Virus record (IMG/VR): IMGVR_UViG_3300044691_000230 | Location: 1 to 63,924 of that record | Direction: 5' to 3' (one strand) | DNA length: 63,924 nt | From: a virus | Taxonomy: Duplodnaviria; Caudoviricetes | Shown here: positions 56,946 through 63,924 of the stretch, piece after piece | How positions within the stretch are numbered: the first letter of the stretch is position 1 | How the letters are laid out: each line of letters starts with the position of its first letter | The notes under the pieces: model-generated | What the model was told of the DNA's origin: nothing | The model's database searches: none | What the model saw: only the letters and a program-made list of their open reading frames with translations | Program-made: the position numbers and the translations under genes

Positions 56946-57350
56946 GACGGCATACCCCCCGAAAACTCGATGTGAAGGCTGATCAGCGCGTCAATCTCGC
57001 GCTGTATTTGTGCATAAGAGGTCGCTGGACCGCTCATAGCGCAAGCCAAAGCTTGAACCCCGCACCGTGCATCTGTATCTTGTGTCTCACGACGCTGCCC
57101 CCTCCACGGGTTGTGATCGAGGCGGCTCTGGGGTTGTGGTAGGCCCCAGACCGCCGTCGACCATTCATCCCCCGAACCGCGCCCATCCGTCAAGGCTCCG
57201 CTTCACACGCTTTGGTGGATAGGACGGGGATAACTTGCGCCCACAGGCCAGCACGCTACTAATCACCCCGTGACGTGTCTGGTTTTGATCTCACCCAGAT
57301 GCGTTGGCGCCCTCGCCGGTGTGGCTATCAGCGGGGGCGCCGCCTTTAGG

Positions 57351-58310
57351 TCAGGCGAAATCATCCAGCGCCAGTTGGCCGCTGGGCGCCAGTGTCGACA
57401 AGGCGTCGAGGTTGCGCTTGGCCTGGCTGAAGTAGCTCCCCTTGAGCTCCACGCCGACACCCCGGCGTCCAAGCGAAACCGCCCCATAGACCTCCGACCC
57501 CACGCCCATGAACGGTGTCAGAACCGTGTTGCCTGGATTGCTCCACAGCGACACGGCGCGCTCAATCACGTCGAGCTGCAGCGGATGGACGTGCTTTTCG
57601 TCCTCAGGCTCCCTGGCGGCCTTGTAGGGCAGTACGCGGTCCATGCGGATGTCATCCCAGACGCATGAGGCGTAACGCCTCCAGATCCAGTGTGAGAGCT
57701 TGTTGATGCGCTGGTCGGTCTCGCCGCGATGCTTCTCCAGTTCGATCGGGACGGGCGTTGATCCAGCGTAGTCGCTGAACCCCGTGGCGTGGGTGACAGG
57801 CTCGAGGTTCTCACCGCGGCGCTTGAACACCAGGATGAAGTCGCCCGCGGCAAAGGTGCTCTCAGTGCTGTCCTTGACCAGTTGCTTGTGGGTCAGGTGC
57901 TTGAGACGGGTCCTGATCGCCACCCGAAGCGGTTCCTTCCAGATCACCGTGCGGCCGAAGAAGTAGAAGCCGTGCTTCTCGTGCAGGGCGATGATGCGAC
58001 CGGGAAGGTCGTGATAGCCCCGCTTCTGTCCCGGCTGCGGAATGTCCATGCAGTGCACGACCGTCAGGCGGCCAGGCTTGGTCACGCGGGCAATCTGTTC
58101 GATCAGGTGTTCGTAGTGGGCATAAAAGTCGTCGTAAGTGACGCTGTTGGACATGTCGCGGTCGTCGGACGAATAATTGAACAGCCCGCAAAACGGCGGA
58201 CTATAAAGAGAAAGCCCAATAGAGGCGGTAGGTAAATCACTCACAACCTCAACGCAGTCTCCGTTGTATAGAGCGTATCGATCGGTGATGATCTGATCTA
58301 TTAAAGCCAT
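57351..58310 (-). CDS. Amino (N4/N6) DNA methyltransferase, beta class
   Basis: GDC..SPPF; HVHPLQLD; VLTPFMGVGSE; GVELK. Confidence 0.88.
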   Translation of the reverse strand: MALIDQIITDRYALYNGDCVEVVSDLPTASIGLSLYSPPFCGLFNYSSDDRDMSNSVTYDDFYAHYEHLIEQIARVTKPGRLTVVHCMDIPQPGQKRGYHDLPGRIIALHEKHGFYFFGRTVIWKEPLRVAIRTRLKHLTHKQLVKDSTESTFAAGDFILVFKRRGENLEPVTHATGFSDYAGSTPVPIELEKHRGETDQRINKLSHWIWRRYASCVWDDIRMDRVLPYKAAREPEDEKHVHPLQLDVIERAVSLWSNPGNTVLTPFMGVGSEVYGAVSLGRRGVGVELKGSYFSQAKRNLDALSTLAPSGQLALDDFA

Positions 58311-59698
58311 GCGGGGATCTCCTGGGAATTGGTGTGGTGCTTGAAGCGGTTGAGGGTCATGGCGTCGTTCATCTGCTCGACGATGACCTTGAACATTTCG
58401 TCGGTGGCGTCGGCCTTGCGGCGCAGGTTCTTGCTCACCCCAGCCAGGGATTCGGTGGTCACGATGTCCACCGTCACAGACCGTTTCTGGCCGAACCGCC
58501 ACATCCGCCGAACCGCCTGGTAGTACTGCTCAAAGCTGTGATCAGCGAAATAGGTCATGTGGTTGGCGTGTTGCCAGTTAAGCCCGAACGCTGCGATTTT
58601 TGGTTTTGTGACAAGGTCACTGAGCTGGCCCGACTGGAAGGCCACCAGCAATTCTTCCTTGCGCTCGTCGGGATCGCTGCCGCTGATTTGCTGGGCGCCG
58701 GGGATCATGGAAACCAGGGCGTCGGCCTCGGCGTTCAGGTGGCACCACGCCACACCCGGGACGCCTGAGGCTATACGCATCTTGGCTGCAGCTTCGCACC
58801 TTGCCTCGACGGTCGCCTTGCGTTCCGAACGCTCCTCGGCGAGGCCCTGTGCGGCCATCGGGAAGAGATAACCGTCAAGCACGGGACTATTGAGGATGTG
58901 ATCTCGCTCGATGAGTTCCGGCAAGACGAAATCGCCATCTGAAAAGCCGATGTCGGAGGGCTTTCGAACCGCTCTCGCCCACGAGCACACCCAGCGCCAG
59001 AAATCCCGCTGCGCATGGGTCTTGAACCGCCATTGCGTGCCCATCGACATCGGGTGAAGGCTGTCTTCGTCGTTTTTGAAGAACATCCCCAGCATGTCCA
59101 TGTAGCCCAGATGGCTCAAGGCTTCCGAAGAGGTTCCAAGCTCGATATAGTCGTTCGGAGAGGGTGTGGCGGAACACAGTAGCCGGTACTTCACGCGGCG
59201 CATGAACTCGGTGATCTCAGTCTTTCGCGCCCCGTCGAAATTCTTGATCGCACTCGATTCGTCGCATACCACACCTGAAAAATCGTCGGGATCGAAGTAG
59301 TGCAGACGCTCATAGTTGGTGGTCACGATCTTGGCCTTGAACTTGCCGTCCAGGGATCGCTCGGCGGCGAAATCGAACTTCTTGGCCTCCATCGCCGTCT
59401 GCATGGAGACCATCAGCGGCGCGATGACGAGTACGGGTTTGTTGGTCTCGACGTTGATGTTGTGCGCCCAGGTCAATTGCATCAGCGTCTTGCCTAAACC
59501 GCAGTCCGCGAAGATCGCCGCGCGCCCCTGTTCCACCGCCCAGTTGATCAGGTGGGTTTGGAAGTCGTAGGCCATCGAATGCGTGAACGTCGGCGTAAAG
59601 CCAAACCGCCCGTCGAGTTGCGATTTGCGCGCCAGGAACTGCTGATAGGCGTCCATGGCGTCAAACTTCGAACCGCTATCGTCCACAGTGATCTCCAT
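58301..59698 (-). CDS. SNF2-like helicase paired with the MTase
   Basis: ADCGLGKT, DESS, SATPSPND, GLNWQ, QAVRRMWRFGQ. Confidence 0.85.
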   Translation of the reverse strand: MEITVDDSGSKFDAMDAYQQFLARKSQLDGRFGFTPTFTHSMAYDFQTHLINWAVEQGRAAIFADCGLGKTLMQLTWAHNINVETNKPVLVIAPLMVSMQTAMEAKKFDFAAERSLDGKFKAKIVTTNYERLHYFDPDDFSGVVCDESSAIKNFDGARKTEITEFMRRVKYRLLCSATPSPNDYIELGTSSEALSHLGYMDMLGMFFKNDEDSLHPMSMGTQWRFKTHAQRDFWRWVCSWARAVRKPSDIGFSDGDFVLPELIERDHILNSPVLDGYLFPMAAQGLAEERSERKATVEARCEAAAKMRIASGVPGVAWCHLNAEADALVSMIPGAQQISGSDPDERKEELLVAFQSGQLSDLVTKPKIAAFGLNWQHANHMTYFADHSFEQYYQAVRRMWRFGQKRSVTVDIVTTESLAGVSKNLRRKADATDEMFKVIVEQMNDAMTLNRFKHHTNSQEIPAWL

Positions 59699-59703
59699 CT
59701 CTG

Positions 59704-60513
59704 CTAGGGGTTGGGGGTTGGGTCTGGGAGCCATGCGTGCCCGATCCAGTGCGCCAACGTGAAAGGTATTTTGGCGATCTTGGCAGATGCGAGTTTGCGT
59801 TTCGGCGACCTGCTACCGCAGGAAGCAACCGGGTCTCGCTTCCACAGACGACCGTCTGGGTTCTGGCCGGTGACCGTTTGGCCTGGCGAGCCGATCTTGA
59901 ACCACGACCCACCATTGTCGTTCTTCATGTGCTCGTTGACGGCGGCCGTCTGGAAGCTTCCACCCGATCCATCGAAGCGAAAGCCTGGCACCTTCCGCGC
60001 TGCGATGGGCGGCATCAGCGCCGGCACGTCGCCCCACAGGTAGTAGGACCCGAAGTTCCATCGCGCTCGACCTACCCACGGCTGGGCGCCGCGGACGTTT
60101 TCGACCACCAGCGGGATGTATCGCCCTGCCGCTTCACAGGCCTCGCGCTGGATGCGGAAACAGGCGGTGAATAGTTCGTTCAGCTTTTCGAGCTGAGTTC
60201 CCGTTTCGTCGGCTCGTATCGCAGCGGCCTTGGCCTTGGCGCGAGACCAAGGCATCGCCATCCACGAGTAGGCCTGGCAGGGCGGACTGGCGACGATTAA
60301 TTCGCAACGCTTCGCCTGAGAGCCGTGAAAGGTGCGGATGTCCTGCAGCATGAGCAAGCAATTCTCAGGCTTAGGAGTTCCCGTCTCCGCGAACATGTCG
60401 GCGATATCGACGCGGATCACGCCCCATCCCGCCGCCTCAAGACCCTCAGCCCAACCGCCGAGACCCGAGAACAGGTCGAGAGCCAATGGGCGTCCATTCG
60501 TGAGCGGTCTCAT
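59704..60513 (-). CDS. Short C5 cytosine methyltransferase-like protein
   Basis: DLFSGLGG (I), SPPC (IV), ENV (VI). Confidence 0.75.
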   Translation of the reverse strand: MRPLTNGRPLALDLFSGLGGWAEGLEAAGWGVIRVDIADMFAETGTPKPENCLLMLQDIRTFHGSQAKRCELIVASPPCQAYSWMAMPWSRAKAKAAAIRADETGTQLEKLNELFTACFRIQREACEAAGRYIPLVVENVRGAQPWVGRARWNFGSYYLWGDVPALMPPIAARKVPGFRFDGSGGSFQTAAVNEHMKNDNGGSWFKIGSPGQTVTGQNPDGRLWKRDPVASCGSRSPKRKLASAKIAKIPFTLAHWIGHAWLPDPTPNP

Positions 60514-60528
60514 GCCGTGTGGCCTCGG

Positions 60529-61101
60529 CTAGATCAGCACTGTTCCGCGAGACGACCACAGCGCTTGATCGAACTTCACGCTAGCGGTTCTATCGCGTAA
60601 GCGCAACTGTAAGAGCCATCCTGCGAGGGCGTCCGCTGCGTCTTTCGCGCCTTCGCCTGGAGGGAGCGTCACGCCCAGCTTGAGCGCGGCGGCCACCATG
60701 TCATCTTTCGTCGCCCCGCCAAATCCCGCCAGCTCCTTCTTGGTGCTGTCGATGCTGGTTTCCCAGCAGGGGATTTTGTGCCGCCAACAGACTTCCTCGA
60801 TGCGGGGACCAAGCGGGATGGTCTTGCGCAGGGTGGCGAGGTTGTCGTTCCGCTTGCGCCAGATCCCGTTGGCGTCCTTGTAGCGCTGGTTGAAGATGAT
60901 GATGGGGGATTCATAGGCCACTTCGTCGGGCCGGTATGTGTCGATGTGCAGTTCCAGCGCGTCCGCCAGGCAGGCGAGCACATGACCGTAGTTCTTGCCG
61001 GTCTGCGGAAAGCTCCAGGCGCCGACGCGGGGCAACCTGGAGCCATCGCCATAGGCCCAGCCGGTGCGCTTTGAGCCTGGATCAAGGAAGGTCAGTCGCA
61101 C
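60529..61101 (-). CDS. RuvC-like Holliday junction resolvase
   Basis: LDPG..TGWA; VAYE; KK..G.G.A.K..M; DAADALA. Confidence 0.75.
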   Translation of the reverse strand: MRLTFLDPGSKRTGWAYGDGSRLPRVGAWSFPQTGKNYGHVLACLADALELHIDTYRPDEVAYESPIIIFNQRYKDANGIWRKRNDNLATLRKTIPLGPRIEEVCWRHKIPCWETSIDSTKKELAGFGGATKDDMVAAALKLGVTLPPGEGAKDAADALAGWLLQLRLRDRTASVKFDQALWSSRGTVLI

Positions 61102-61103
61102 GG

Positions 61104-62045
61104 CTAGTTGAGGATTTCCCCGTCCCCGCGCTTTTCCTGCACGGCGCGGCGGGTGGTCTGCTGGGCAAGTTCAGCGTCCGACATTTCGAACGCGTGGCCG
61201 GTGTCGTTGGCCTTGTCGAATGCCGCCTCCACGCCGATGTGTTCCAGATCCACATCGATGGCGGGGTCGAGAGATTCGTACCAAGCCCTGAAGACGTTGC
61301 GCTGTTCGAGCGACCAGACTTCAGGATCGTCGGCGAACTCGCGCCAGTCGGGTTGCCCGGCAACCGCCTTGGCGTTCTTGTCTGGCTTGGGCTTTGCCGG
61401 TTCGGCCTTGAGCTGCTTGAGACCTTCGCCGTTGCGGGCCGTTCCCTGAGCGAAGCCGCGGGAATAATCCGCCGTGTTCTCCGGAGGAACGCCCGCCGCC
61501 ACAGGATCGCAGGGTTCGTTGTTGATGCAGGCCTTGTAGCCTTCCGCCTCCCAATAGACCGCGCCGCGGGCCGCCTCGGGAAGGGATTCGAACTTCATCT
61601 CTTCCTGTTCGCCGGCGGGAAGGCCCATGGCTTCCGAACAGATCGCCCGTTCGCGCTCGATCGCAGCCAGGTCCGTTCGCTGCGTCTTCAGCTTCAGCTT
61701 TTCGTAGCGCTCGTCAAACACCTCCAGGCGGATGCCGCTGTTCTTGATCGCCGTTCGGATGAGTTTCTTCTGCCCGTTGAGTTCGGAGCGGGTGAGGTCC
61801 ACCGCTTCAATCTTGTGGTCCATGGCCCGATGTTGTTGGGTAAGGGCCGCAACCCGGTCGACCACGGCCTGGCGGGCGCGCAGTTCGGAGGGCGTGTCAG
61901 CGGACGGACGGTCGGGCTTGGCGATCGGCGTGGGTTTCAGCTTCACTGCGGTCTTGCGCGCGCCCTTTGCGCCGCCGGCGCCACGGGCCTTCGCAGTCTT
62001 GATGGACACCACTTTGCCGTCGCTCGCCTTGAGGGTTTCTGCCAT
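61104..62045 (-). CDS. GapR (DUF2312)-like plus Rmf-like motif protein
   Basis: ELNGQKKLIRTAIKNSG...AMGL; EGY.A...DP...Y.RGF..G; RBS AAGGAG. Confidence 0.45.
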   Translation of the reverse strand: MAETLKASDGKVVSIKTAKARGAGGAKGARKTAVKLKPTPIAKPDRPSADTPSELRARQAVVDRVAALTQQHRAMDHKIEAVDLTRSELNGQKKLIRTAIKNSGIRLEVFDERYEKLKLKTQRTDLAAIERERAICSEAMGLPAGEQEEMKFESLPEAARGAVYWEAEGYKACINNEPCDPVAAGVPPENTADYSRGFAQGTARNGEGLKQLKAEPAKPKPDKNAKAVAGQPDWREFADDPEVWSLEQRNVFRAWYESLDPAIDVDLEHIGVEAAFDKANDTGHAFEMSDAELAQQTTRRAVQEKRGDGEILN

Positions 62046-62191
62046 CGTCCGATCTCCTTGTCTTGGGAAGGTGGTGGTCGCGCTTTGCGGGAACCACGCC
62101 AAACCCTCTGATGATTTCGGTTGACGCGCAAGCCCTACTACAAGCATTGTAGCGCTTCGGGTAGGCCACACACCCGCGAGGAGATTTTTGG

Positions 62192-63409
62192 ATGGCTGGA
62201 TATCTGGCATCGGGTCCGGGAACGCGCAAGCCGCGCAACGGCGGGAACGTCGGGTTCAAGCATCGCGGCGCCTTCAAGCTGCTGACGGCTTCGAACCACA
62301 AGACGCCCAAGGGCGAGACGCTGGGCTTTTTCTCGGCCGTCCTCTACCTGATGCCCCACACATCGGGAGGCGGTTCAACCCTCTGTCCGCACTCCACTCC
62401 CGCCTGCCGCGAAATGTGTCTCGCTGGCGCAGGTCTGTCGGGCCTTCCCAAGCAACTCGGCGCCAAGATGAAGCGCACCAAGCTTTTCAACGAGGACCGG
62501 CCGGAATTCCTGCGCCTCTTGCTGGCGGATATCGCCAAGCTGGAGCGGATCGCGGCGGCGGAAGGGATGCGGCCCGCGCTACGGCTCAACGGGTCAAGCG
62601 ACGTCCTTTGGGAACGCGTAATCGACGGCTGGTCCGACCTTGGCCTGACCCGATACGACTACACTAAGATACCGCTGGAACACCGCCAGACCGACCCCGG
62701 CTATCACCTGACCTTCAGCATCGAAGGCCCGCAGGACATGCGCCGCGCCGTCGGCTACCTGCGTGCTGGGCATAGTGTCGCCGCCGTGGTCCCCGAAGAC
62801 GTCAAGCACAATGCCCCGTCTTGGATCGCGCTGGGTGAAGACGTTGCCGAAGTGATCGACGGCGATCTCACCGACGCGCGGTTTCTTGATCCGCCATCCT
62901 CCATCGTTCTGCTCAAGCCCAAAGGCCATATCCGAACGGACTTGATCCGCCCTAATCTGTTCGAAGAGTTGCGGGCCGCTTCCGGCTCATTCCAGCGAAA
63001 GGCAAGACCTATGACCAAAACCCACATTCCGCTCGCCAAGCTGCCCGATGGCCGTGAAGCCGACGCCGAGACGATGGCGAAGGAATTCGCCAACCCGGGC
63101 GACCATATCCGTCAAGGCGACGTGCTGCTCATCAAGCGCGCGTCCAAGCCCCAGGGCGCCGGGTTGCTGCCCCGTGAACAGGGCTCCGTCGTTCTGGCGC
63201 ACGGCGAAGTCACAGGCCACATGCATCAGTTGCGCGGCCCGCAAGTGACGCACTATCGCGACAGCGGCCACGAATACATGACCGTCGTGAACAAGCCCGA
63301 AGCGCTGGTCCACGAAGAGCATGGCGGCATCTTCATCCCGCCGAGCGATACGGAACTGGGCCAACAGGTGGAGTACACGCCTGCCGAACTCCGCAATGTC
63401 GCCGATTAG
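62192..63409 (+). CDS. GP88-like (Cx6Cx3C) protein fused in frame to an RQGD/HGE.TGH.H/HEEH domain
   Basis: CPHSTPACREMC, RLNGSSD, YDYTK, DGDLTDARFLD; then RQGDVLL..LAHGEVTGHMH..HEEH..EYTP..VAD; internal ATG at 63011. Confidence 0.7.
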   Translation: MAGYLASGPGTRKPRNGGNVGFKHRGAFKLLTASNHKTPKGETLGFFSAVLYLMPHTSGGGSTLCPHSTPACREMCLAGAGLSGLPKQLGAKMKRTKLFNEDRPEFLRLLLADIAKLERIAAAEGMRPALRLNGSSDVLWERVIDGWSDLGLTRYDYTKIPLEHRQTDPGYHLTFSIEGPQDMRRAVGYLRAGHSVAAVVPEDVKHNAPSWIALGEDVAEVIDGDLTDARFLDPPSSIVLLKPKGHIRTDLIRPNLFEELRAASGSFQRKARPMTKTHIPLAKLPDGREADAETMAKEFANPGDHIRQGDVLLIKRASKPQGAGLLPREQGSVVLAHGEVTGHMHQLRGPQVTHYRDSGHEYMTVVNKPEALVHEEHGGIFIPPSDTELGQQVEYTPAELRNVAD

Positions 63410-63437
63410 AAACCTTCGAGCCAAGGAACTATTTCCC

Positions 63438-63924
63438 GTGCACAAAGATCACGAACGCTACGTCCGCGCCTGCGAATACCCCGGAGTTCTCGATGAAGCC
63501 GCCGTCGAGAAGCACCTAGCCGACTACCTTAAGGCGCTGGGCGTAACACGGCAGATCGTCCGGCTACGACAGGGCTGGACGCTCCAAGAGCATCCGTCGC
63601 TGGCTCGGTACGTCAGCAACGTGTTGGACGATTTCGGCAAGCGCAGCGGCCGAAATCGTCCTCCTCTGGACGCTCGGGACGCTCTGGCCGCTCGGGCCGC
63701 TCTGGACGCTCTGGCCGCTCGGGCCGCTCGGGACGCTCGGGCCGCTCTGGACGCTCTGGACGCTCGGGACGCTCGGGACGCTCGGGCCGCTCAGGACGCT
63801 CTGGACGCTCTGGCCGCTCGGGCCGCTCTGGACGCTCGGGACGCTCGGGACGCTCGGGCCGCTCGGGCCGCTCTGGACGCTCTGGCCGCTCGGGACGCTC
63901 GGGACGCTCAGGACGCTCAGGACG
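63438..63924 (+). CDS. N-terminal part of the DUF6745-type repeat protein
   Basis: AAGGA RBS, GTG at 63438; MHKDHERYVRACEYPG... open into the repeat up to the window end. Confidence 0.75.
   Translation, partial: MHKDHERYVRACEYPGVLDEAAVEKHLADYLKALGVTRQIVRLRQGWTLQEHPSLARYVSNVLDDFGKRSGRNRPPLDARDALAARAALDALAARAARDARAALDALDARDARDARAAQDALDALAARAALDARDARDARAARAALDALAARDARDAQDAQD
63663..63924 (+). repeat. Same 9-bp tandem repeat (28 units from 63672)
   Basis: Read directly. Confidence 0.97.

Noticed and set aside
56942-57193. 83-aa ORF upstream of the initiator
   Set aside because: Possibly real, but no motif and an unclear start
1-63924. Integrase, CI repressor, partition system, DNA polymerase, tRNA
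   Set aside because: No diagnostic motifs or cloverleaf recognised; lifestyle left undetermined
1-63924. Genome-wide TAG recoding
   Set aside because: Core genes are intact under code 11, and TAG stops abut downstream starts

Overview
The window looks like an essentially complete ~64-kb, GC-rich, P22/podovirus-like tailed phage genome, probably infecting an alphaproteobacterium (host inferred from a GapR-like gene, a KGG stress protein and a DUF1376 initiator). Both ends lie inside the same 9-bp coding tandem repeat, so the molecule is probably circular and was opened inside one gene. Layout: (+) early operon 62.2 kb -> origin -> 5.9 kb with a GP88-like/His-motif fusion, a DUF6745-type repeat protein, KGG protein, ERF recombinase, DUF1367 and an acyl carrier protein. 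(-) late region 5.9-48.6 kb with an Ig-domain protein, lysis cassette, ejection proteins, tail and fibre modules, P22 gp4/gp10-like neck, signal-peptide-bearing 'structural' genes, MCP, scaffold, GroES-like gene, portal and terminases, interrupted by HNH/EndoVII genes and a C4-RNA/HEPN/IS-remnant islet. (+) small early genes at 48.7-52.9 kb. (-) replication/modification block 53-62 kb with primase, helicase, initiator with iterons, two MTases, SNF2-like helicase, RuvC-like and GapR-like genes. I recognised no integrase, DNA polymerase, reverse transcriptase, tRNA or CRISPR. The most novel-looking items are the DUF6745 locus, whose repeat varies only non-synonymously; three Sec-signal proteins in the head module; a covarying AAGGCACUG hairpin after late promoters; a C4-like antisense RNA whose loop matches a leader shared by several genes; and an endolysin-holin-like fusion. 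All family names come from motif recognition by eye, not database searches.
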